A DNA stretch of 63,917 bases, filler included, from Octopus bimaculoides (lineage: Eukaryota), in NCBI RefSeq assembly GCF_001194135.2. It is 3 parts of 3 records of this genome, joined end to end, with 100 filler letters (N's around TTAATTAATTAA, not from the genome) between each part and the next. Parts side by side here need not be neighbours in the genome. Positions count along the whole stretch, not along the records: positions 1 to 21,489 come from NC_069008.1; 2 more parts are not named here. The stretch is one strand, 5' to 3'. This document shows, piece after piece, positions 1 to 11,215 of the stretch. The position numbers were made by a program, and so were the translations under genes. Under the pieces are notes generated by a model. It was not told where the DNA came from, ran no database searches, and was given only the letters and a program-made list of their open reading frames with translations. Position 1 is the first letter of the stretch; each line of letters starts with the position of its first letter.

Positions 1-273
1 ACCAAACGACTATAAATAGTAACAGTCTGAGTCAGAACACCTACTGAAAGAATGGACTTCACCAAACGACTATAAATAGTAACAGTCTGAGTCAGAACAC
101 CTACTGAAAGAATGGACTTGACCAAACGACTATAAATAGTAACAGTCTGAGTCACAACACCTACTGAAAGAATGGACTTGACCAAACGACTATAAATAGT
201 AACAGTCTGAGTCAGAACACCTACTGAAAGAATGGACTTGCCCAAACCACTATAAATAGTAACAGTCTGAGTG
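1..273. repeat. 60-bp tandem minisatellite (4 full units + partial; continues off window)
   Basis: Near-identical units accaaacgactataaatagtaacagtctgagtcagaacacctactgaaagaatggacttg at 1, 61, 121, 181, partial at 241. Confidence 0.97.
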
Positions 274-639
274 AGAGGCGGACAGAGTAGGCATTAATCA
301 CACAGAATTGTGAGGTGTCCTTCTGGTAGTTTGTCAGAATATCATTTGTTGGTTTGTGTATATTTCATGGAGTGTTTGTTGAATTATGTTGTTACTTCAT
401 TATATGTTATTGTTACTACACAAGTATTGTCATTAATAGTGACAAACTACATAATTAACGATGGATGACTATGTTACAATGCTTATCTATTTCCATTGTT
501 ATGCTTACACACGAACATGCAGAGTGTGTCAGAGGTGGTCATTTTCTTTACCTGAAAACTCTAAATTTTCCAGGTTTTTATTTAAACACATGGTACTATA
601 ACAAGATTTAACAACGACTATTGGTACACATCACCCTCA

Positions 640-1070
640 TTTAACATCTGTTGTCCATGCTAGCATGGGTTGGACGGTTTGACTTGGGCTGGCAAACTGG
701 AAGGCTACTCCAGACATCAGTCTGAGTTGGCATGGTTTCTACAACTGGATGCTCTTGCTAACGCCAACCACTCCGAGAATGTAATGGGTGTTTTTACGTG
801 CCACCAGCATGGGTGTCATTTGTGTGAGACCAGTATCTGCCATGACTGTGGTTTTACTTGGTTTGATGGGTCTTCTTCTCAAGCATGACATAATGCCAAA
901 GGTCTTGGTCATTGCCTCAAAAGGCACTTTTTATGTGCCACAAGCACAGGTGCCAGCTATGTGACACCAGAATCAGCCACAACTATGATGTCACTTGGCT
1001 TGATGTGTCTTCTCAAGTACAGGCATATCCCCAAAGGTCTCAGTCACTAGTCATTGCCTCTGTGAGACCC
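640..1070 (-). mobile_element. Decayed copy of a SINE-like repeat (same family as 51110-51255 and 53960-54218)
   Basis: Shares gtccatgctagcatggg..ggacggtttgact and ccaaccactccgag..gtagtgggtg..ttttacgtgcca with the other copies; degenerate internal direct repeat at ~795-890 and ~935-1020. Confidence 0.7.
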
Positions 1071-1546
1071 AAGATTCAAAGATCATGCTTCACCACTTCA
1101 TCCCATGTCTTCCTGGGTCTATTTCTACACATGTTCTTTATATAATGTGGGTAGGGTAACTGTAGGATTTTTAACACTTTTTTTACCACATTTATGTCAA
1201 ACTACACTGTTTTTTCAATTAACTTCTAAAATAATGAAGAATATAGTAAAATAACTTTGTCACTATTAGGCTGATGTTTGGAACATAAATTAACATGAAA
1301 TTTTAATTGGAAGTTTTAATGTAAATCACTTTCAAACATGAATTGTGTCCCATAAAACCAAAGCAGTCATGGGTGGTCCAGAATCAAAATGGTTAATAGA
1401 TGTTCAAAGAGAGTCCCTTTGATTTTGAAAGAAATAAGCCCATCTGCTGAGCGGCTGAGTTCTATGTTATTTTATAATTACACTTAAATGTATAAAGAGA
1501 GAGAAAATAGAAAAGAAAACGAGAAAAATATAACAAATTAACTTAC

Positions 1547-1617
1547 GAAGGAAAAATAAATACTGGTTTACTTAACCCACTAACAATGTAGAAGTGTTTT
1601 ATCCATGGTGCATTTAC
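1547..1617 (-). CDS. DAO/DDO: DAO/DDO coding exon 7 (71 nt, active-site lid region)
   Basis: ttattaacag|GTA AAT GCA CCA TGG ... CCT TC|GTAAGT; [23 protein letters not shown](S). Confidence 0.92.
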
Positions 1618-1703
1618 CTGTTAATAATAATAAAAAAATAATAATAATAAAATAATAATAATAAAATAATAATAATAAATAATAATAATAAATAATAATA
1701 ATA

Positions 1704-1743
<40 letters not shown>

Positions 1744-4123
1744 CACAGTAACAAGCTCTGAGAACTAATTACACTAAATTCCAAGTAGATAAGAGCAGTG
1801 AATCACCCGTTTGTAGGGTGTGTGGGAGTAAAAATGAAACAGTCTCACATATTGTGGGTGAGTTTAGCAAACCAGTTGAAAAGGGATACAAAAGGAGGAA
1901 GAAAAACGTAGCTAAGGTTGTTCACTGGAGATTCTGTGACAAGTAAGGTCTTGAAAGGACACAGAAATGGTACAAGCGTAAGGCAGAAGGCATCACCGAG
2001 AATAATGAGTATAAGATCTTATGGGATTTTACAATCTAGTGTGACTTACTGATTGATACTCAGACAGCAGACATTGTCGTAGTGGATAAAGGGAGAAGGA
2101 AAGCAAGATCAGAGATATTGTCAAATCTGGGGATGCACAAGCGAGCAACAAAGAACTGGAAAAGGTTAAAATGTACAAGACGAAATTGCATGAATTTGGG
2201 TAACAAGGAATGTAATGGTCATCCCAGTATTTAGCACGGGGGTGGGGGGCATTAACAACTAGGTTTAAAAAATTTGTTGGGGAAATTGTAATTGATATGA
2301 GGGTAGAACATGCTCAGAAAACTGCTTTGTTAGGGTCAGCAAGAACCTTGAGATCGGTATGTCTGAGTAAATCTGGAAATTCTGTATGGGCTACAGCCGA
2401 AAGTCCCTCAGAAAAGACAGCCAGTTGATTATCGTTATCCCACTGAGAATGTTGTCACTCGTGTTCACAACTAAATCTCTATAGAACACGATTATGGAAC
2501 ATGCAGCGACTACATTCTGTGGCCAGCAGAAGGTTGTGAATATCTGATGATATCAAAGATACCTTGCATTTTGTCTCTTTGCTGAACCACTAAGTTAGGG
2601 GACGTAAACACACCAACACCGGTTGTCAAATGGCAGCGGTGGTTGACAAACACTAACACAAAACACACAGACATATATATATACATACTCTTACCACACA
2701 CGCACACATATGTACATGTATATATATATATACACAGACAATGGTTAAACATATGCGCTATGCATTTTTTTAATAAGATGTTTATGTATAATTATTTACC
2801 CTAATGACTTGACCTCGAATCGGAGTCATTTGTCGATCATTATTCAACTGATAATTCCCCAAACCACAGCAGTTAACTACGACATCAAAGTCAGCCATCA
2901 CCTGAAAGAAAAATATTGCTGACAAGAGAAACTGCATACAAATATATGTCTTTCAATGTAAACCAAAGATAAAAAAAAGTCATAGCTATTATGTATATTT
3001 TTTTATTGTATTTTTTTTAACAAATCAGATATTTATACTCTCCCTTGCACGTTCTTATATGTCTTGCAAACAACTCGCACATGCAAGTGCTACCAGTCGA
3101 GAACTCCACATACCGGAAGCCAGCAAGTGTATGGGGTTATCAGGAGAGAATGCGCGCCGTTTCAGGGCCTACCTCTCGACGGCATCAATGTGCACCGGCC
3201 CCACCTCACTGATATGAGGCCCCGCTTGCTGGATCGACTAGTTATTAAATAAAGCTCAATATTCTTCTAGCCATAGCTCATCGTCTCTTTTTAATCAAAT
3301 CCAGTGGCTAGCCTTCTCCACTGTATTTTGGAAATCTGTCATGGTGGTCATGTTGCCTTTATTTTCCTTTTTTTTTTTTGTGTTTCAAACGTTTGCTAAA
3401 TAGCTTACTTCCCTACATTATCTCTTCTTGTGCATCCTTATTTCTCTCTGTTCTTTTTCTTTTCAGGTTTATTCTTCCTAACATTATTTCTTATTTTCAT
3501 ACATCTTGCAGGTTTCATTTGTCCTTTTTTTTTTTTTTCCCCAGTCTTATATGTTTTTTTCTCTCTCTGTCTGCCTGTCTGTTTTTCTATTTGTCTGTTT
3601 ACCTCTCTACCTGTCTGCCTGCCTGTATGATTGCCTCCTGGTGTGTCAGTCATTCAGCATCACTATTTCTTCCAGATTTTAGTGACGTTATCTATCTCTG
3701 ATGGAGCAAATGGAATAAAAGAAGCACTTTTAATGAATTAAACAAAACAACTGTGAAAAAGAAGCCGAATACTCCTAATTCCTTTCAGTTCCACTTGAAG
3801 CAACATTCAATATTGTGTAACCTGAGTAAAGATTTGGCAAGAACTAATTGCTTAGGAATAGTTGTGTCTCTGTGGATAGTTAAAAAGGGTACTCAGATGC
3901 TGAGAAAATCCCAGAACTGAATTAAAGGTAGTCCAGTCGGTCCCTCTTTTTCCATCTACAAAGTTAGTGTGTATAAAAATAAGATGTTTACATGTATACA
4001 GTGCTACATAAAATCCATCCATCCATTCACAAACTCACCCACCAACCCAAATCCATCCATCCATCTATCTATCTACCTATCTATCTATATCTCTACCTAT
4101 CTATCTACCTCTCTCTCTCTAAC

Positions 4124-4183
<60 letters not shown>

Positions 4184-4887
4184 TATTCTATATACTATAC
4201 TACATGACAGAGTGGAACTGAGACAACATTCTATTAACATGCTAGTAATTTATTAATTGAACTAACTGCCAAGAATGTGAGGAGCAGGAGGAAGAAGAAG
4301 AAGAAAAAGAAGAAGAGGAGGAGGAGGAGGTTAGTGATGTTAGACTTTAGATATGTCAACATGGCTCTAATTCTATTGACTAACTTGTGAAGATGTGTTA
4401 TTGATTATTGTTTAGTTAACAGACATTGTTGTTCGGTGCCACTAAGAGGAACTGTCACACAGCATGAAAGACTGAAATGGTAGCAAAGGTCAGAGTCATG
4501 CGAATTTGAGCAGGTTGCGACCTGTTGATGATAATGGTGGGTGATCATGTTGATGAGTATGGTGATGATGATGATGATGACAATGACGATCTATGTAGTA
4601 ATGGCTAACAGTAGACATAGCTATATTCTGTGGGATAGTATAGCCAGCAATAACGAAATATCATCATCCTCGTCATCTTATTATTATCATTATTATTATT
4701 ACCACTTACCTCTGACAGAGATTCTAGTCTCTTGCTTTTGACTTTTCCTCCGAGAGAAATGAATCTGGAGGACAGAATGATAAAGAAAACGATATGTATA
4801 CACACATACACATGCATTTATGAATATATACCCATACACATTAAACACACATGTACATGTGTGTATACACACAAACATATATACAAG

Positions 4888-4928
<41 letters not shown>

Positions 4929-5223
4929 CAGGCTATCATATATCCCCAAAAAAGCATACTCTGATGCATATATATATATATATATATGTTTATTTATATA
5001 AGGGCATTACTATACAATAATGCTTCACGCTATGAGGAACTCTAAGGTCAGACTACCATAAAAAGCACATTTTTACCGAACGCAAGGAAATGCAACTCTC
5101 AAAGACAGCCCCTTAAAAACAGACTGAATTATAGATCATGATTTCGTAGTTATTGTAGTATTATACAACCTCTTCTCGTCAGTATAATATGGTCAAGATA
5201 AATAGAAGTAAACAGAAAATCAG

Positions 5224-5256
<33 letters not shown>

Positions 5257-5431
5257 TCAACTTCTTGTCTAATGCGAGCCCGGAGCAATCTCTTATCTCT
5301 TACATTGTTTTGGTATTACATGTCAAAAGTGAAACAATAACATCTCCGTTGTAATGAGATATAGTACTTTCACTATTATATAGTTTCAATTTCAATTACT
5401 TTCACTGTATATTTATATACATGTTTGTATA

Positions 5432-5462
<31 letters not shown>

Positions 5463-6461
5463 GTGTGAGTAAAAATAAATACACAAAAAGGGTTTTGTAT
5501 GATCGTGTATAGAGGAATATATTATTTTATTTAAAAGAGTTCCAACTCTGTCTGTTTTTTATGTTTTATTTATATTCTTGTAAAATTAATGTGGGATATA
5601 GAATATGGAATATATAATATATAATATAAAAATGGATGGTACGATGAAATGAAGTATTGAATGTCTTATTGAATATATGAAATATTGAGTGTTCAATATA
5701 AAGGATTAAATATATAAAGGCAAATATGTATTTTATACCACAAGGTATAGAAAATACATATTCGCCTTTATATATTTAATCCTTTATATTGAACACTCAA
5801 TATTTCATATATTCAATAAGACATATTCCATATATTCAATAAGATATTCAATACTTCATTTCATTGTACCATCCATTTTTATATTATATATTATATATTC
5901 CATATTCTATATCCCACATTAATTTTACAAGAATATAAATAAAACATAAAAAACAGACAGAGTTGGAACTCTTTTAAATAAAATTATATATATAGATATA
6001 TATATATATATATATGCACAGCATAGTTCAAGGTCAGGCTGTGCTAAGTGGCTTCATTCTGCATGCTTTAGCTTCGTTACTATGGCAACAGTCCGGATAC
6101 TTATTGATCAGACCATGTATGTGCATGTGAATGTGTGCATGTATGTTCGTAACCTTGAATGTATAAAAGAAAAATGGAAATAAAGAAGATTTACTCACCT
6201 TTCCATTAGCCATTGCATGTAGAGAGTTCCACAGACTATAAGGCTAGTGAAAAATTTATTATTCCTGAAAACCAAACCAAACAAAAATTTTACTAAATTT
6301 GACAATCTTCAGAAATGTTTTGCATAATTTGATAACCGAGCCACATTCAAGTTTTCAATGAATCTGATATTTCTCCATTCCTTTATTCAGTGTGTTCGAA
6401 AACATGCCTGATGTATTCCGCAGCAAATAAATTATTATTATTATTAATATTGTTATTATTT

Positions 6462-6507
<46 letters not shown>

Positions 6508-6810
6508 TAATAATAATAATGATAATAATAATTCTTTCTACTGGAAGCACAAGGCCTCAAATTTGGCAGAAGGGATTAAGTTGATTACATTGACCCCAAT
6601 GCATAACTGGTAGTTATTCAATCAACCCTGAAAGGATGAAAGCAAGGTTATGTGCTGTTTATCTTGATATGAGATCATTATGTTGCCCACATATGGTTGT
6701 GATGCATGTGCCTGGTGTATCCTTATGAGACGGGTAGTTATGATGGGTATACTGCGCTTCGTATATTTTACCCCAGTGTCACTTTGATGGCATGCAATGC
6801 TCTCTCACTC

Positions 6811-6858
<48 letters not shown>

Positions 6859-9800
6859 CAGTCAACACTGACAAAACAATCCAGGCTAATCGACCAGACA
6901 TAATTATTAAAGACAGGGAAGAAAAGACTTGTAGACTTATAGATGTAAGTGTTTCCACTGATAAAAATATATTTGTCAAGGAATTTGACAAACTAAGTAG
7001 ATATAAGGACCTGGAAATTGAAATACAGAAGATATGGTATCTTAAAACGAGAACTGTATGATAAATAAAAAGGTATGTCAGAAACATCTAGATAAGATCC
7101 CAGGAGACCCATGTCTCAGAGAAATCCAAAAGATTGTGCCGACAAGTACTGTCCACATCTTTAGAAAAACTCTATCTATTTAAATGTCTGTATTGTATTA
7201 CATGAAGATATTTCACTACCTCCCCTCCCCAAGCTTTCGGTCATATTGTAACATCTCTTATCCTTCACTCGCCCCTGGACGCTTGGTGTGTCTTGGCAAG
7301 AAGAGACTGTAACAAACATGCAAATTAAAAGTAAAAATAATTGTGATAATAACTGATGTAATTTTTACTTACGTGTAATTTGGAAATAATTTATTCTCTT
7401 CTGGAGTCAGATCCCGTAAATTGAAGACCGTGTCTTTCCAGAAAGGATTAGTCTAGTAAGAATAATGACGAAAACAAAAATATTAAAAGCGAATTGTAGT
7501 AGAAAAAATATTAAACTAACAACAGCGACAAAAGTCAGCTGAGCCATTGTACTTACAAAACATTTTCCCCATTATACGACGGTTTGGCTACTTAGAGAGG
7601 TACCCGAAAAAACCGCATATCTCATGAACCCGTGGTTTGATTTACACAAAACTTGTTTTATTCCGTTCGTATTCACATTTCAATGGTACTTTACTTTCAG
7701 AGTATTTTCCCATCATGTGCTGGTTTGGCTTTATTAAATTATAGACCAGCATACATGCAAGAAAGCATGCAAACAAAACTGTCCAGGTGATCACAGTAAA
7801 GGGCAATAACTCCAGGTTTCACTGCTTGAATTTGTGGGAACAAACCCCAAAAAACACACATCTCAGAAATTCGTGATCTGATTTACGCGAAATTTGCTTT
7901 ATTCTGTTTGTATTCACATCTGGTTTTCATAGAACCACCTCTCCAGAAATATGAGTCAAATAGAACAAGTATTATTTTTACCTCTCTGCTATTAAGATAA
8001 TAACCAGATACAAGCTGGATCCCCAGCTCGGAGGCCATCGGCGATTCATGAAGGTTGAGCAGGTACTTGAAGGTTTCATCGCTCCAACGTCTGATAAAAG
8101 AAAGAAAATTTCAGCTAGATTCAAAACATTATGATTATACACACACACACTTACACATACATACACACCCGAACGCGCGCACACGCACACATACATGGAC
8201 AATACACACACACAAGAGTTAAGGAATGGACTAGATAATATCTGGACTATATATCTTTGATAGCGAGCGGAACATCGGAAGTGGTAGATATCCAAGCGAG
8301 GTGTATACTGCAGGCTACACTTTAGGCCAAGGGTATTTTTATATATGTACATACCTACATCTATATGTATACATACATGCATATATGGGTACAGGACATC
8401 ACAAAAAACGTTAAACACAATGAGAAACGAAAACATAAAGACGAAGACAGAAAACGAACGTTTTTTTTTCGAACAACGAAAAAAACAAACACAGAAACGA
8501 GACATGCAACATAAAGAATATTTCCCTTCTTCAGTTGTCCCTGTTCCATCTACTCCGCGTTTCGAAGGCAAGGACAATATGCGACTTCGTTGGAACAGTC
8601 CATCCCGCAAAAAGCAAATTAATTAAATTTGGGATTTTTTGCGGAGGGTGAAAGTGTAAACAAGAACAGGACAGTGAGAACAAGNNNNNNNNNNNNNNNN
8701 NNNNNNNNNNNNNNNNNNNNNNNNNNNNNNNNNNNNNNNNNNNNNNNNNNNNNNNNNNNNNNNNNNNNNNNNNNNNNNNNNNNNNNNNNNNNNNNNNNNN
8801 NNNNNNNNNNNNNNNNNNNNNNNNNNNNNNNNNNNNNNNNNNNNNNNNNNNNNNNNNNNNNNNNNNNNNNNNNNNNNNNNNNNNNNNNNNNNNNNNNNNN
8901 NNNNNNNNNNNNNNNNNNNNNNNNNNNNNNNNNNNNNNNNNNNNNNNNNNNNNNNNNNNNNNNNNNNNNNNNNNNNNNNNNNNNNNNNNNNNNNNNNNNN
9001 NNNNNNNNNNNNNNNNNNNNNNNNNNNNNNNNNNNNNNNNNNNNNNNNNNNNNNNNNNNNNNNNNNNNNNNNNNNNNNNNNNNNNNNNNNNNNNNNNNNN
9101 NNNNNNNNNNNNNNNNNNNNNNNNNNNNNNNNNNNNNNNNNNNNNNNNNNNNNNNNNNNNNNNNNNNNNNNNNNNNNNNNNNNNNNNNNNNNNNNNNNNN
9201 NNNNNNNNNNNNNNNNNNNNNNNNNNNNNNNNNNNNNNNNNNNNNNNNNNNNNNNNNNNNNNNNNNNNNNNNNNNNNNNNNNNNNNNNNNNNNNNNNNNN
9301 NNNNNNNNNNNNNNNNNNNNNNNNNNNNNNNNNNNNNNNNNNNNNNNNNNNNNNNNNNNNNNNNNNNNNNNNNNNNNNGGGGGGGGGGGCGTAGCCTTGC
9401 TAGAAATGGCTTGGGATAATATTAATTTCAATTCATCGATTACATTTTTTATGTTCTGCTGATTGTAGGGGGTCGCATGAGTTTCAAGCTTTTGGATAAG
9501 GGGTCGCGAGTGCAAAAGCTACTCTAAAGCATAGAGCCGTCTGATGAGCCGAAATAAGGCATTACAATTCATAATTAAAAGGTCTATAATGAGAAATAAA
9601 CAAACTTTTGGTTAGTTCAAATATGTGACAGATTTTAACTTCTGAAGGTAATTTCTCTGCGGTTTATCGCAGAGTAAAAGAAAATTCTCGCCTATGGCAA
9701 AAGGTATAAAAACACCTTATCTACTCAATGTCACCCTCTATCGGACTCATAGACGCGTTTCTGGCTCCTTAGCCTTCCTCAGTAAGGGATACCGAAGAGA

Positions 9801-10779
9801 GACAATCCCGAGCAGAAGAGAAAGCCGTAGATTTATAGGTAAACTGACAATTCATCGTCAGACAGTTGGCCGGCAGACAAGTTAGAGACAAGACAATTGT
9901 GTGGTATGGAGCAGAGTCATGTTGCCAGACATAGGGTGTTACAGCAGCCTCCCTCTTGACACAGGGCAGCACAACTTCCTCAAGGCACTTGATGTAGACT
10001 TCCGTGTGAGTCCGAAGTCGTGTGGAAATTGTCTGTCAGCGAATTGTCTGTTGGCGAATTGTCTGTCGACGAATTGTCTGCACACAGATTTATAACGAAA
10101 CAGTCAACATTAGTGACTGACATGCGCTCGCAGACCTTCCAGTCAGAACAAAAATTGTAGTAGCAGCGCAAAGCAGTGATGAGAAATAAGCAGGTACGAT
10201 GTTATTAATCTTTTACCATATGCAAGAATTTTTTCTGCATGTTAAGCTGCCTTTAGAACTTAAAATATGTCATAAACATATTTGAACTAACATAAAGTTT
10301 GTTTATTTCTCTTCCTGTTGTGCATGACTTGAACAACCACTCCAGAGTCTCCAGTATTAATCTGATGAGGTGGGACAAATCTCCCTCGCACAGAGTTTAG
10401 TCCTACTGGGAGTTACGTTTAAAACAAACAAGCAGTAACAGTCAATCTAACTAGTTTCTCTACTTTTATCTAAATGAAGGGTACCAGTTTTTACATAAAA
10501 ATGCCAACTACAAGTTAGTGAGGCGATCAGAACTGAATTACATTTACACAGGCAAAAAGAAAAAAATAGACAAATCGTTTCAACTCACTTGATTAAGGAC
10601 GGGTTTGTAGAGCCCATTCTATAGGGGTGCCAGAAGCCAGCAGCCACATCGGTTGTGTTGTTCGGAGAAAACTTTTCAGCAATAACTGTAACATCAACAT
10701 TTTGTAAGTCTTCAAGAGTTCGTACGGCTGAGTAGAGACCAATAATTCCAGCTCCTAGCACGCAAATTTTTCGGACCAT
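1547..10779 (-). CDS. DAO/DDO: D-amino-acid oxidase / D-aspartate oxidase family flavoenzyme, spliced, 3'-partial (7 coding exons in window)
   Basis: Spliced translation: [224 protein letters not shown](S). It has the GxGxxG FAD motif plus the TTDVAAG, PFW, VVNCxGLG, RGQV and APW motifs of the family. All six introns are GT-AG with consistent phases. DAO versus DDO orthology is not resolved. Confidence 0.95.
1742..2480 (+). mobile_element. R4/Dong-like non-LTR retrotransposon 3' fragment (zinc knuckle + restriction-like endonuclease), decayed
   Basis: [27 protein letters not shown]...[10 protein letters not shown]...DIVVVDK with in-frame stops; begins directly after (AAT)n at 1622-1741. Confidence 0.85.
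2800..2901 (-). CDS. DAO/DDO: DAO/DDO coding exon 6 (102 nt)
   Basis: tttctttcag|GTG ATG GCT ... ATT AGG|GTAAAT; [34 protein letters not shown]. Confidence 0.94.
4710..4764 (-). CDS. DAO/DDO: DAO/DDO coding exon 5 (55 nt)
   Basis: tcctccag|A TTC ATT ... TCA GAG|GTAAGT; [18 protein letters not shown]. Confidence 0.92.
5523..5985. repeat. ~460-bp near-perfect palindrome (foldback/MITE-like) in DAO/DDO intron 4
   Basis: Left arm ttaaaagagttccaactctgtctg...ttttatacc, loop acaa (5740-5743), right arm ggtatagaaaa...cagacagagttggaactcttttaa; the right arm carries a ~22-nt tandem duplication. Confidence 0.95.
6199..6264 (-). CDS. DAO/DDO: DAO/DDO coding exon 4 (66 nt)
   Basis: ttttcag|G AAT AAT ... 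GAA AG|GTGAGT; [21 protein letters not shown](R). Confidence 0.92.
6531..6645 (-). mobile_element. SINE family A, 3' fragment with (ATT)n tail
   Basis: Reverse complement reads ctttcatcctttcagggttgattgaataactaccag...ggggtcaatgtaatc...ggccttgtgc, as in 25049-25266; (AAT)n at 6464-6530. Confidence 0.75.
6646..6810 (+). mobile_element. SINE-like family E, 5'-truncated, ending ...ctctctcactc + (AAT)n
   Basis: Matches the reverse complement of 16751-16910 and also 59090-59246. Confidence 0.8.
6859..7340 (+). mobile_element. R4/Dong-like retrotransposon 3' fragment (endonuclease domain + 3'UTR)
   Basis: [48 protein letters not shown] (PD..D..K restriction-like endonuclease pattern); follows (AAT)n at 6811-6858. 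Confidence 0.85.
7373..7452 (-). CDS. DAO/DDO: DAO/DDO coding exon 3 (80 nt)
   Basis: cttactag|ACT AAT CCT TTC TGG ... TAC AC|GTAAGT; [26 protein letters not shown]. Confidence 0.93.
7555..7925. repeat. Interspersed repeat with an internal direct duplication; inverted homolog at 14100-14340
   Basis: gatttacacaaaacttgttttattccgttcgtattcacatttc..ttactttcagagtattttcccatcatg matches the reverse complement of 14170-14250. Confidence 0.75.
7982..8090 (-). CDS. DAO/DDO: DAO/DDO coding exon 2 (109 nt)
   Basis: ttttatcag|A CGT TGG AGC GAT GAA ACC TTC ... AGA GAG|GTAAAA; [36 protein letters not shown]. Confidence 0.93.
9838..10085. mobile_element. 248-bp non-autonomous DNA transposon with 9-bp TSD (Mutator-like) carrying a Tc1/mariner transposase fragment
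   Basis: TSD agatttata at 9829-9837 and 10086-10094; imperfect TIRs built of ~15-nt units ((c)agacaattcgycra type); the interior minus strand reads [36 protein letters not shown]. Confidence 0.8.
10589..10779 (-). CDS. DAO/DDO: DAO/DDO first coding exon (191 nt coding, ends phase 2)
   Basis: ATG at 10779; [14 protein letters not shown]...AAGFWHPY...PSLI(K); donor AA|GTGAGT. An upstream acceptor ttttag| at 10806/10805 suggests 26 nt of 5'UTR in this exon. Confidence 0.95.
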
Positions 10780-11077
10780 AATGAAAATCAGTTAAAAATC
10801 TCCAGCTAAAACATAATATAATTAGTAAGGACAGGATTTCTAACAACATTTTTTCATGGAGTTTTAGGAAAAACATTTGACATTTGAAAAATTCATTCTA
10901 AAGACTTTTGGGGTAGGAAGATGGGGTCCCTTGGTCACCAAGGTTTTGTGCTTAAGCGCACCTATGCATCTTCGCAATTCCAGATGTCATGGAGAAATTG
11001 TAAACGTTTCCTTGTTCTTCATATTGAATTATCCCTGCCTCTCTGTCTTTTCAGTGACTGTCGTGTCCGTCGCTTAC

Positions 11078-11215
11078 GACAACGAGGGTCCCATTTGATT
11101 CGATCAACGGAACAGCCCGCTCGTGAAATTAATGTGCAAGTGGCTGAGCACTCTACAGACACGTGTACCCTTAACGTAGTTCTCAAGGGGTTTCAGCGTC
11201 ACACAGATACATTAA
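11078..11215 (-). mobile_element. SINE family F internal fragment
   Basis: gatcaacggaacagcccgctcgtgaaattaatgtgcaagtggctgagcactctacagacacgtgtacccttaacgtagttctc matches 51495-51585. Confidence 0.8.

Noticed and set aside
1-273. 60-bp array as a CRISPR array, or as oxidase exon 8 (its TQTVT resembles the start of the next human DAO exon)
   Set aside because: Units are head-to-tail with no unique spacers. TQTVT is followed by IYSRLV rather than LGG, and it recurs in every unit, so the resemblance is coincidental.
3060-3300. GC-richer block in intron 5 as an extra exon or solo LTR
   Set aside because: Exons 5 and 6 already join in phase with no missing sequence, no frame resembles the family, and I found no TSD or matching LTR ends.
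7978-8610. 210-aa ORF in the ORF track
   Set aside because: It runs through repeat and microsatellite sequence and crosses oxidase exon 2 in the wrong frame.
8540-8610. Hammerhead-like words (CTGAAGAAG, CTTCGAAAC) here and at ~59490-59515
   Set aside because: The core nucleotides are mutated or in the wrong order, and no complete three-stem fold could be built.
9537-9575. CTGATGAGCCGAAA as a second hammerhead
   Set aside because: Stem II has essentially no loop and stem I does not close (CCGT vs ACAA); at best a decayed relic.
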